Below are positions 8,750 to 18,247 of a stretch of 64,000 nucleotides of DNA, in pieces. Below the pieces are notes generated by a model, which saw only the letters and a list, made by a program, of their open reading frames with translations, had not been told where the DNA came from and did not search any database. The position numbers and the translations under genes are program-made. The stretch lies in IMG/VR virus record IMGVR_UViG_3300044632_001278, one strand, 5' to 3'. How positions within the stretch are numbered: the first letter of the stretch is position 1; every line of letters begins with the position of its first letter. The DNA is from a virus.

Positions 8750-10890
8750 AAATTATACAAGTTAATTTAGGGTTATTGCCTATTCCGCCTAATGGATGGG
8801 GTGCAGTTGAAAAAATCATTTGGGATTATCATCAACTGTTAAACAAAAAGGGATTAGAATGTCAGATAAAGTATTTGAATGAAATTAAATATTCAGACGA
8901 TATAATCGTACATATACACGTAGCAAATCTGGCAAATGAATGTCATAAAAGAGGCATACCTTATATCTTTAGTTTACACGATCATCACGCTTATTTGTAT
9001 GGCAAAGATTCATCTGTATATAAAGAGAATTTACAAGCAATTGAAAATAGTGTAATATCCACTTGTCCTGCCAAATATTTGGTTGATTATTTCGGAAGTA
9101 AAAAATTACGTTATTTTTCCCACGCGGTAAATACCGATGTGTTTAAACATAAAAATAACAAAATTCCAGTAAATAAACTGTTGTGTGTTGCAAATAATGG
9201 TTATGCCAATAATCAATCATATGATAGAAAAGGATTCACATATGCGATTAAAGTGGCTAAAGAATTAGGATATCCAATTACTATTGCTGGACCATCTAAT
9301 AATAAAAAGTTCTTTGATATATTAGATGAAGAATTAAATCAGTATGATAAATTGACAAAAGTATTTGATTTAAATGAAGAATCGTTGATCGATTTATATA
9401 ATGACCATTCTATATTCATACACCCATCTGAATTGGAAGCAGGACATCCAAATCTAACGCTTTTAGAAGCAATGAGTTGTGGTTTACCTGTGGTAGGTAC
9501 GTTTGAGGAAAAATCATATAAAGGTATGGTTGTTGTTGAACGAAATGTAGAACAAATAAAATCCGCAATACAACAAATCACATCTGATTATAGTCGATAT
9601 CAAACCAAAGCTTTGGAGTGTGCTAAGGAAAATTCCTATTCCAACCGAGTAGACCAGTTAATCGATTTATATGATCAATATACTGAACGATTGTTTGCTA
9701 TTAAACACATCGATGTTTATGAAAATCTTAAAAAGAATGAAAAGAGTATTAAAACAAATGCGGTATTTAAATATTCATTCAATGATAATGCCAAGATTGA
9801 AGTGGATAACCCAGTAGACGTAGATCAAAGTTTCCACATAACATTCTATAATGGTGACGATAATAGTATTAAATATGAAACTGATTTAAAACATAATTGG
9901 TGGGGAAGTTGTAATTTTACATATTACATTCCCTATGAAATTCACATTAAAGATAATAAGACTAATGAATTGGTCGAAACATATAAGTTAAATTTAAAGA
10001 ATAAGAAAGTAGTAATTGAATATGAAAGTTACTCTTTAGGCGATCAATTGGCTTGGATGCCTATAATTGAACAGTTTAGAAAAAAACACGAATGTGATCT
10101 TTATGTCAAGTTACCTTTGAAAAATATTTTTGAAAACAAATACCCTTCAATTAAGTTTGTTCACAATAACAAACCTATTTCAGATGCATTTGCAACTTAT
10201 AAACTGGGATATTATGTAGACGAAAATGGATCTAACAATGATAGATGCAAAACAGATCCCAGAAAACAACCTCTACAAAAAATAGCAAGTGACTATTTAG
10301 GGTTACCATATGAACCAGAATTACCATTGCTTGACTTTGAAATCAAAGAAAGACCTCTAAAAAAGAGATACGTCACAATTGCAACACAAAGTACGTGTCA
10401 AGCCAAATATTGGAACAATAAAGGCGGATGGGAACGTGTTGTTGAATATATAAAATCAAAGGGATTTGAAGTAATATGCATAGATAAACACAAAACATTC
10501 GGAAATGGATCGGATTATATGAATAGTATGCCATCCAATGCTTTAGATTTTACAGGAGATAAACCACTGGTTGATCGTATGAATCAAATATATCACAGTG
10601 AGTTTTTTATAGGTTTACCATCAGGATTGTCTTGGTTAGCTTGGGCAGTTAAAAAACCAGTAGTATTAATTAGCGGGTTCTCATATCCATATACTGAATT
10701 TGATACTCCTTATAGAGTACAAAACCACTCGGTGTGTACAGGATGTTGGAATGATTCGCTATTTGACAAGGGAAATTGGAAGTGGTGTCCAAAATCTGAT
10801 AAGAGAGAAGAGTTTGAATGTACCAAACAAATAACTCCAAAAATGGTTATGGATACCATAGATCAACTATTAATAGAACAAAAAATTTAA
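8746..10890 (+). CDS. GT4 glycosyltransferase fused to Aah/TibC-type (autotransporter) O-heptosyltransferase
   Basis: N-half: PPNGWGAVE, RKG, EAGHPNLTLLEAMSCGLPV. C-half: SLGDQLAW, QSTCQAKYWN, FIGLPSGLSWLAW, ISGFS and four metal-ligand Cys CTGC...CP...EC. Confidence 0.85.
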   Translation: MKIIQVNLGLLPIPPNGWGAVEKIIWDYHQLLNKKGLECQIKYLNEIKYSDDIIVHIHVANLANECHKRGIPYIFSLHDHHAYLYGKDSSVYKENLQAIENSVISTCPAKYLVDYFGSKKLRYFSHAVNTDVFKHKNNKIPVNKLLCVANNGYANNQSYDRKGFTYAIKVAKELGYPITIAGPSNNKKFFDILDEELNQYDKLTKVFDLNEESLIDLYNDHSIFIHPSELEAGHPNLTLLEAMSCGLPVVGTFEEKSYKGMVVVERNVEQIKSAIQQITSDYSRYQTKALECAKENSYSNRVDQLIDLYDQYTERLFAIKHIDVYENLKKNEKSIKTNAVFKYSFNDNAKIEVDNPVDVDQSFHITFYNGDDNSIKYETDLKHNWWGSCNFTYYIPYEIHIKDNKTNELVETYKLNLKNKKVVIEYESYSLGDQLAWMPIIEQFRKKHECDLYVKLPLKNIFENKYPSIKFVHNNKPISDAFATYKLGYYVDENGSNNDRCKTDPRKQPLQKIASDYLGLPYEPELPLLDFEIKERPLKKRYVTIATQSTCQAKYWNNKGGWERVVEYIKSKGFEVICIDKHKTFGNGSDYMNSMPSNALDFTGDKPLVDRMNQIYHSEFFIGLPSGLSWLAWAVKKPVVLISGFSYPYTEFDTPYRVQNHSVCTGCWNDSLFDKGNWKWCPKSDKREEFECTKQITPKMVMDTIDQLLIEQKI

Positions 10891-10969
10891 AGTTATAATA
10901 AATAGTTAGTTCTTCGATTTTTCGGTTATATTTATATTTTAAATATAACTTCGAAAGGATATTAATATT

Positions 10970-13900
10970 ATGCCAATACAAGAAGGCGGTAGATTCGCCC
11001 CAACACAAAATATAGTAAGCCCAGGTGTATTCACACGTGAAAACGACCTCTCCGGTCTGGCTCAAGGAGTAGCAAACATTGGAGGAGCAATAGTAGCTCC
11101 ATTCGCTGATGGACCAGCGTTTTTTCCAAATACAATAACCGACGTAGCCGACTTGGAAACAAGATTTGGTGTCGCTGACGGTGTGTATTATGGACCATAC
11201 ACCGCCAAAGAATATCTACTACAACAAGGCATCGTTACCGTAGTTCGTGTAGGTGGTCTTACTGGTTACTGGCAGAAGAATCCATTGATTGTATATGCTC
11301 AACCAGGTATCTGGAACAGAAATGCTGATAAAGGTGCTATCACAACAGCTTCATTTATGTACATTGATACTACTAACTATGTATCAAACGTTAAGTATCA
11401 ACAAAGCAGTTCCGCAATCAACATTACAGGATCAGCTGAAATCAAGGGTTCAACTGGAAGTACAATAACCGGTTCAGCTACATTTTCTAGAGTAACTACA
11501 TCAGAAATTGCTTCTTTCTTAGCAAGTTTGGGTAGTTTGACAGGTGTAAATGCACTATCTGCTTCTTTGTCAACTTCATCCAGTTTGGGTAAAGTATTCA
11601 AAGTAACTTCTACTAGACACTATGAACTATTTAGTAGCTCAGTTGTAGCTAGAAACGGTAAAGTTGCAAAAGCAGGATCTTCAGTAGATCACGCTTTAGC
11701 CGCATTTGATTTTGAAAAATCACGTATAAGCGGTAGCGTTACTGTCGGTGGCGGTGGTTCAAGTAAGTACAAACTAACATTTGATAGTTCAAATAATAGT
11801 TACTTAACCGCCTCATTTACCGCACCAAATACATTTGGTTTGGTTTTTGCCAATTATGACGCAAATTCATCCTTCTCATTTGCAACTGCAAGTTTGAGTG
11901 GTGCTGGATTAAGTTCTTCGATTCAATTGGTACAACGCATTGATATCTCCAGAATGATTATTAGTGGATCATTAAACGTTAAGTTTGGATCTGCTGCAGC
12001 AACTAGTACTGTTACCGCAACAGACGTTGATGGAGTTGGATCATTGAGTGGTAGCATCTTGTATGCTGGTAAAGTAGTAGACATTGGTACAGTTTCATCA
12101 GGAATATTAGTACGTAAGTTTACAACCAGTACATTGGCAAACGGCAATGCAAAACCAGTTGGAACTTCATTCTTCTTGTTAACATCAAGTTTACAAGGTA
12201 CAAATATTGATAATGAAACCGCTGTAGCTACCGCATTCGACGAAAGTACAACAACCGTTGATCTAGTAAGTTCATCTTATTTCAATAGTACTATCGCTTA
12301 TAACCTAACCAACTTCAATGTTCAAGCAGGCACACCATTGACACTTGAAAGTGGTAGTTTCCATTCACTACGTGGTGTTGGAACTTGTGTAGCTGGTCTA
12401 CAAGTAAGAGGTGTGGTAAGTGGTTCCTTTGGTAAATATAATGGCGGATTCACAAATCAAGATAATCCAAGCGCAGATCAATGTAATCCAGTATTAACAG
12501 GTCGTCAAAAGATGATCTTGTCAGTATTGGCAAACACCCAAAATGCTTCATCACAATTCACCAGTGATTATCAAGTATTTGGTTTCAATACCTCAACATT
12601 GACTCAACTAACAAGTAGCACATTCCCATACAAGGGTGTAATTAATCCTAATGAAAATGTTTACAACTTGGCATTGAAGTATAGTTACACAAATCCAGCC
12701 GGTGGTACAAGTGCTGGTACATACGGTTACTACGACTTCAGTTTGAATGAAAACGACAATAATTACATCAAAGATGTATTTGGCGTAGACCCAACTGTTG
12801 GTAATCCTAACAAACAAATTGCTGGTCAAAAAGTTGAAGCTGCTTACAACTACGTACTATTCGAAGATAGCATCAAGAAGTTCGTAGCTGAAAAGACCAG
12901 CGCTTATGGTTGGAGACTACAAGTTGGTACAAGTAACCTATCAGGAAGTTCAATTGTTGGCGAACCTCTAAAGTTTGTTGATCAATATAGCACTGATTTG
13001 AATAACGGTGATAGTCAATTCAGTATCACCAATGCTTCTACTCCTTGGATCTACAGTCAAAAGATTGCTCCATTTAAAGGTAGCGCCGATGTAGCTGCTT
13101 TTCCAACCAAGTTCCAGTTGTTCAAGGTTCACACTTTGAGTGACGGTACATTGAGCAACACTAAGTTCAAGATTGAAATTAGTAATGTTAAGTTGGCAGG
13201 AACAGTTCCAGGTAGTGAATGGGGTAGTTTCACACTAGCAGTACGTGCTTATAGCGATACTGATAAGAAGCCAAAGTATTTGGAAATCTTCCAAAACTTG
13301 AATTTGGATCCAGAATCCGCAAATTATGTTGCTCGTAGAATTGGTAACAGATACGCATATATCACTTATGCTGGTAAGTTAATTCAATTTGGCGATTTCA
13401 ATAATTTGAGTAAGTATATCAGAATCGAAGCCAGTGACGTTTCTTACCCAGTAAGTTGCGTACCATACGGATTTGAATCATATAGTACTCCAATTGATAG
13501 TACCGCAAGCAACTATGTACCTGCTGTACAATACAGTAAAGCAAGTATCTATGGTCTCGGACCTGGTAAGTATCCATCTGGTACAGTATTCGGTAGTGTT
13601 CCAGGAACTGATACTGAAATCCAAGCACTATATCCAACATCTTCATTTGGTGTTGGTGTAGAAAATAACACTAAACAATACTTCAAGCCACTACCATATT
13701 ATGGTGCTTCAGATAGCAATGGTACAAACATTGACTTCGATCTAGAAGATAAAGTTTGGGGTACTACAAACAGTAAATTCTATGCTCAAGGTACATATGT
13801 AAGTACTGGTTCACTACTATCACCAACATTGAGTGGTAGTATCCCAAGTACATATGATGCTGTAAATGAATCTACATACGTTAAACTACGTAAGTTTATC

Positions 13901-14884
13901 GTAGGTTTCCAAGGTGGATTTGAAGGTCAATGGCCAGCAATTCCAATCAATGTAGGCAGTGACATTACCGCTGGTAATACACAAGGTCTAGATTGTACAA
14001 ATATCAATAGTCCAGGTAGTATCGCTTATAAGCAAGCAATTGCTGCAATCGGTAATCCAGATGAATTTGATATCAACTTGATCGTAACTCCAGGTATCTT
14101 CCGTGAACAACACAGTTACGTAACTGAACTAGTAATCGATATGTGCGAAACTCGTCAAGACTGTTTCTACATTATGGATAACGTAGTGTTCCCAGCAAGT
14201 AACCAAACTGTAGGATTGATTGATGCCGCAATTAACACTGTAGCTACAATTGATAGTAACTATGTAGGTACTTATTATCCTTGGGTTAAGATCCTAGATA
14301 CTAATACCAACAAGATTATTAGTGTTCCACCTTCAGTAGTGTTACCAGCAGTTTATGCTGCTAACGATAATGCTGCTGCTGAATGGTATGCTCCAGCCGG
14401 TCTAAACCGTGGTGGTATTCCAACCGCTGTACAAGTACTCGACAGAGTAACTCACAGTGAACGTGATGAACTATATGAAGGTCGTGTAAATCCAATCGCA
14501 GCATTCCCAGGCCAAGGCATTTGTGTATGGGGTCAAAAGACTCTACAAATTGCTCCAAGCGCTTTGGATCGCATCAATGTTCGCCGCTTGTTGATCAACT
14601 TGAAGAAGTTTATCGCAAGTTCAAGCAACTACTTGGTGTTTGAACAAAATGTTGCTTCTACACGTAACCGATTCTTGAGTATCGTAACACCATACTTGGA
14701 ATCAGTACAACAACGTAACGGTATCTACGCATTCCAAGTCAAGATGGATGCTGAAAACAATACTCCTGACTTGATTGATCGTAACATCCTCTACGGACAA
14801 ATCTATATCCAACCAACTAGAACCGCTGAGTTTATTATACTCGATTTTAATATACTCCCAACGGGCGCTCAATTTTCTGCCTAA
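10970..14884 (+). CDS. Contractile tail sheath protein with large insertion
   Basis: SPGVFTREND N-terminus; C-terminal YYPW, PPS, WYAPAGLNRG, NPI, WGQKT, RINVRRL, PTRTAEFI. Confidence 0.93.
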   Translation: MPIQEGGRFAPTQNIVSPGVFTRENDLSGLAQGVANIGGAIVAPFADGPAFFPNTITDVADLETRFGVADGVYYGPYTAKEYLLQQGIVTVVRVGGLTGYWQKNPLIVYAQPGIWNRNADKGAITTASFMYIDTTNYVSNVKYQQSSSAINITGSAEIKGSTGSTITGSATFSRVTTSEIASFLASLGSLTGVNALSASLSTSSSLGKVFKVTSTRHYELFSSSVVARNGKVAKAGSSVDHALAAFDFEKSRISGSVTVGGGGSSKYKLTFDSSNNSYLTASFTAPNTFGLVFANYDANSSFSFATASLSGAGLSSSIQLVQRIDISRMIISGSLNVKFGSAAATSTVTATDVDGVGSLSGSILYAGKVVDIGTVSSGILVRKFTTSTLANGNAKPVGTSFFLLTSSLQGTNIDNETAVATAFDESTTTVDLVSSSYFNSTIAYNLTNFNVQAGTPLTLESGSFHSLRGVGTCVAGLQVRGVVSGSFGKYNGGFTNQDNPSADQCNPVLTGRQKMILSVLANTQNASSQFTSDYQVFGFNTSTLTQLTSSTFPYKGVINPNENVYNLALKYSYTNPAGGTSAGTYGYYDFSLNENDNNYIKDVFGVDPTVGNPNKQIAGQKVEAAYNYVLFEDSIKKFVAEKTSAYGWRLQVGTSNLSGSSIVGEPLKFVDQYSTDLNNGDSQFSITNASTPWIYSQKIAPFKGSADVAAFPTKFQLFKVHTLSDGTLSNTKFKIEISNVKLAGTVPGSEWGSFTLAVRAYSDTDKKPKYLEIFQNLNLDPESANYVARRIGNRYAYITYAGKLIQFGDFNNLSKYIRIEASDVSYPVSCVPYGFESYSTPIDSTASNYVPAVQYSKASIYGLGPGKYPSGTVFGSVPGTDTEIQALYPTSSFGVGVENNTKQYFKPLPYYGASDSNGTNIDFDLEDKVWGTTNSKFYAQGTYVSTGSLLSPTLSGSIPSTYDAVNESTYVKLRKFIVGFQGGFEGQWPAIPINVGSDITAGNTQGLDCTNINSPGSIAYKQAIAAIGNPDEFDINLIVTPGIFREQHSYVTELVIDMCETRQDCFYIMDNVVFPASNQTVGLIDAAINTVATIDSNYVGTYYPWVKILDTNTNKIISVPPSVVLPAVYAANDNAAAEWYAPAGLNRGGIPTAVQVLDRVTHSERDELYEGRVNPIAAFPGQGICVWGQKTLQIAPSALDRINVRRLLINLKKFIASSSNYLVFEQNVASTRNRFLSIVTPYLESVQQRNGIYAFQVKMDAENNTPDLIDRNILYGQIYIQPTRTAEFIILDFNILPTGAQFSA

Positions 14885-14907
14885 TCTAGGATAAAGAAAA
14901 TTAAACA

Positions 14908-14938
14908 GAACCCCGCTTAGAAATAAGCGGGGTTTTTT
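14908..14938 (+). terminator. Rho-independent terminator after sheath gene
   Basis: AACCCCGCTTA-GAAA-TAAGCGGGGTT stem-loop followed by a T run. Confidence 0.9.
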
Positions 14939-14961
14939 GTTTGATCTGTATATTTATATTT

Positions 14962-15252
14962 ATGATACTATTAACACGAATCGTTGAGGATTTAACTAAC
15001 CCACAAGTTAAAAACGCCGTAGATCCATCTCTTTTAAAGTTAATTGACAAGGTAATCGATGACACAAATGTTTTGGTAGTTAATAACTTAAAAATGGTAA
15101 AGGATATTTTATCAAAAGAACCAATTGATAAGGCTAGATTAGACGTTGCACTAAGCAATTATAAACGTTATTTTAATAGAGACAATGGCGGCACACCTGA
15201 AGTCATTCGTGGTATGACAATGCAAAATAAACTAGACGAGTTAGCAAAATGA
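14962..15252 (+). CDS. Hypothetical protein (putative head-internal protein)
   Basis: ATG at 14962 (MILLTRIVE) lies 4 nt after ATATTTAT; preferred over the track's TTG start at 14941. Confidence 0.6.
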   Translation: MILLTRIVEDLTNPQVKNAVDPSLLKLIDKVIDDTNVLVVNNLKMVKDILSKEPIDKARLDVALSNYKRYFNRDNGGTPEVIRGMTMQNKLDELAK

Positions 15253-15770
15253 TTAGTTTAACTGACATTTTAAATGAAGTTTTATCTGAGTCTGATCCAA
15301 AAGTTGGAACTGGTAAAAAGCCAAAAGGATCTGATAGACGATTATATACCGATGAAAATCCGAAGGATACGGTTAGAGTAAAATTTAAAACATCCCAAGA
15401 CATTAAAGATACACTAGCTAGTAGTGGTTTTAAATCAAAAAGTCACAAAAGACAATCTCAAATTATAAATCTTATACATCAGAGAGTTAGAGCAGCTTAT
15501 CAAAATGCTAAAGATCCAAATGTTAAAAGCAGATTGAAAAGTGCTTTAGACTATGCTATACAACGTAAAGAGGCCTCAAAAGCAAAAACAATAAAATTAA
15601 ATAAAGAAACATCCAATCCAGAATCTGGTAAATCATCTCCATATGGTTCTGGATATGGAGTGGTTGAAAATAATATAGAAGAGAAATGTTGGAAGGGATA
15701 TACGCAAAAAGGTATGAAAACATTGTTTGGTAAAAAATATCCCAACTGCGTTAAAAAAACAAACAAATAA
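15249..15770 (+). CDS. Basic hypothetical protein (putative head-internal protein)
   Basis: MISLTDILNE N-terminus; Lys-rich modules including KCWKGY...PNCVK, a motif I recognise from T4-like phage small proteins. Confidence 0.65.
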   Translation: MISLTDILNEVLSESDPKVGTGKKPKGSDRRLYTDENPKDTVRVKFKTSQDIKDTLASSGFKSKSHKRQSQIINLIHQRVRAAYQNAKDPNVKSRLKSALDYAIQRKEASKAKTIKLNKETSNPESGKSSPYGSGYGVVENNIEEKCWKGYTQKGMKTLFGKKYPNCVKKTNK

Positions 15771-15789
15771 TTTTATACCAATTATCAAA

Positions 15790-16563
15790 ATGATTAGTTT
15801 AAACGATTTATTATTAGAAGCCAAACTTCCTCAAAGCGAGCAAGATATGGATCTTTATGCTCGTAAATACAAGAAGACTATAGATTATTTACGTACCAAG
15901 AACAAAGTACTATTGTTAACTACCAGTAATAGATGGAGTGGTCACAAAGACGATATTGCTAAGAGTACACAATTAGCAATTAAAATGCAAGAATTATTAG
16001 GTAAAGAAAAAGTATCATTGATAGATACTACCAAATTAAATATAGTTCCGTGTGAGGGCAATGTATCGTCAAAATGGGGAAATCATTGTGGTACAAAAGA
16101 TTCATCTTTAAAAGATAAAGAAAAAAACCCAACAGGAGAACATCGTTGTTGGGCTAGTATTAATAATAAGAACGATGAATTATGGAAAGTAAGTAAAGAG
16201 CTATTTGAAAGTGATACCGTTTTATTTTTTGCTAGTGTGAGATGGGGTCAAGCCAATGGTTTTTATCAAAAATTGATCGAAAGATTGACTTGGATTGAAA
16301 ACAGACATTCTACGTTGGGAGAAAGTAATATTGTTAAAAATATTGATTCAGGATTCATTGCAACTGGACAAAATTGGAATGGCAAAGATGTTACACAAAC
16401 ACAAAAAGAAGTACTTCAGTTTTTTGGATTCAAAACACCAGACCAATTATTTTGGAATTGGCAATTTACTAATAATAGTTTAGACGAAACTAAGAGTTCT
16501 TACAAAAAAGCAATTACTGTATTTGATAAAACATTTTTAAAACCATATGATAAGACTAAATAA
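15790..16563 (+). CDS. Flavodoxin-like / NADPH-dependent FMN reductase (WrbA/Isf-like)
   Basis: Start MISLNDLLLE at 15790; TTSNR, LNIVPCEG, ESDTVLFFASVRWG, QKLIERL pattern. Confidence 0.7.
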   Translation: MISLNDLLLEAKLPQSEQDMDLYARKYKKTIDYLRTKNKVLLLTTSNRWSGHKDDIAKSTQLAIKMQELLGKEKVSLIDTTKLNIVPCEGNVSSKWGNHCGTKDSSLKDKEKNPTGEHRCWASINNKNDELWKVSKELFESDTVLFFASVRWGQANGFYQKLIERLTWIENRHSTLGESNIVKNIDSGFIATGQNWNGKDVTQTQKEVLQFFGFKTPDQLFWNWQFTNNSLDETKSSYKKAITVFDKTFLKPYDKTK

Positions 16564-17581
16564 CATTTTAAGTGAGGTAATACAAGAAGGCGGCGCAGGT
16601 GGACATATGGCACATCCATTTGATTTTGTAAATACTGGCGCTAAATTGGTAGGTGTATTTGCGAAAGCAGTAAAGTCTCTGAAGCAAGGCGCCGGTAGTG
16701 TAAAGATTGACGGTGTTAATGCAAGTATCCGTATGATAAACAGCCAATTTGTAATGGATCGTGGATCAGCAAAACCACTTGATATTAAGGGCATGAGACC
16801 CGAAGATTTGCCAAATAGATTTGAACCAGGTCATGGATTTATTAATATTGGAACTAAAGTAATCAATATTTTCGATGAAGCGATTCCAAGTACCAAATCC
16901 GAATTAAAAAAGTTGGGCTTGTTGAACAATCCAAATATATTGTTTAATATTGAATATGTAGAAGGTACAACAAACGTAGTTGGTTATGGTGATATTGGAA
17001 ACTTTTTAGCAATTCATGGCTTAAAAGAGATCAAACCAAAGACATTTGGTAAGGATGGTAGTGTAAAATCCCGTGTTGCTGTTGAAATACCGTATGATAA
17101 AGCGGCAATGCAGTCCTACATCAATAAATTAAATAAGGTTGCAATGAAGTATGGATTCAAAGTACTAGGCAGCGTTGGTACATCATTTAAATCGGATCCA
17201 AATTTGGCCAAAGTATTGAGAGAACCAGTAACATTATATCCTACAGAAGTTGCTGAAACCAAGTCATTAAAAGACTGGTTAAAAAATGTAAAAATCGATC
17301 TTCCACTTATCACCCGTGAACAATTTATTAATGCTTCAAACAGCAAAAATATTACGCAAGATTTTGCCGGTCAAGACGTTCAAAAGATTATAAATGATAC
17401 CATTGTTTATTTAACCACTATCAAATTAGGAGATGAAGTATTAAAGAATGCTACTAGTGAGATTGGTGACTTAGATAAACATGAAGGAATCGTGGTTAGA
17501 GATCCAAATATTTATAACAATCCTTTCAAAATTACAGGAAGTTTTATTATAAAAGGTTTGGAAAGTAAGTTTAAGAAATAA
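16547..17581 (+). CDS. Conserved phage protein with ligase-like covalent nucleotidyltransferase motifs
   Basis: GGAGGHMAHPFD; motif I KIDG, III NIEY, IV EGIVV, V FKI in the canonical order. Confidence 0.55.
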   Translation: MIRLNNILSEVIQEGGAGGHMAHPFDFVNTGAKLVGVFAKAVKSLKQGAGSVKIDGVNASIRMINSQFVMDRGSAKPLDIKGMRPEDLPNRFEPGHGFINIGTKVINIFDEAIPSTKSELKKLGLLNNPNILFNIEYVEGTTNVVGYGDIGNFLAIHGLKEIKPKTFGKDGSVKSRVAVEIPYDKAAMQSYINKLNKVAMKYGFKVLGSVGTSFKSDPNLAKVLREPVTLYPTEVAETKSLKDWLKNVKIDLPLITREQFINASNSKNITQDFAGQDVQKIINDTIVYLTTIKLGDEVLKNATSEIGDLDKHEGIVVRDPNIYNNPFKITGSFIIKGLESKFKK

Positions 17582-17599
17582 AATAAATACATATTTGTT

Positions 17600-18247
17600 A
17601 TGAAAAGAGCATTAGGTAAAAGCAATCTTGATATTGTTAAAGATTATGTTGATGGCGTTCGTCCATTCGTCCAAGTAGGATATGATTCTAATTTGGAAAA
17701 TTCAACCCGTAAAGAAGGTGAAGAGTGGGAGGATGGTCAAGGACGTAAATGGGTTTGGAAAAATGGTAGTAAACGTAGAGTTCAAAAACGCGCTACGATT
17801 ATCAATGAACAACGTTGTAAATGTTGTAAGATGGATGTTCGTTGGGGCAATTATTTAGATGATCGTGTTTGGCCCAAAACAGGATATTGCTACGATTGTT
17901 TTATTGATTTCCAAACAAATCTTAAATTAATCGGAATGTTCGACGTATATAACGAACTTCAGGATTTAAAAAATGAACGTAGTATTTTGGAAGATTATAA
18001 GAAAAAGTTTGAAGAAAGTAAAAAGTTCTGCGAAGAAAATCAAGGAAAACCAGTTGAATTCTTAGAAGAAGATGGTTCATTTGAAAGATGGGAAGGCATT
18101 CAAGATTATAATAAAATACTAGAGGATCTAAATAAAGATTTAGAACTACTCTATAAACGTTTAGAAGAACTAAACGCTAAGATAAAAGATTACGAAGAAA
18201 AGTATGAGTCAGCCAAATCTAAGAGAAATAATAAAGCAAGAGTATAA
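17600..18247 (+). CDS. Hypothetical Zn-finger/coiled-coil protein overlapping terL
   Basis: CKCC...CYDC cysteines, C-terminal coiled coil. Confidence 0.6.
   Translation: MKRALGKSNLDIVKDYVDGVRPFVQVGYDSNLENSTRKEGEEWEDGQGRKWVWKNGSKRRVQKRATIINEQRCKCCKMDVRWGNYLDDRVWPKTGYCYDCFIDFQTNLKLIGMFDVYNELQDLKNERSILEDYKKKFEESKKFCEENQGKPVEFLEEDGSFERWEGIQDYNKILEDLNKDLELLYKRLEELNAKIKDYEEKYESAKSKRNNKARV

Noticed and set aside
17600-18247. Terminase small subunit
   Set aside because: The position fits, but I recognise no supporting motif; left as hypothetical.
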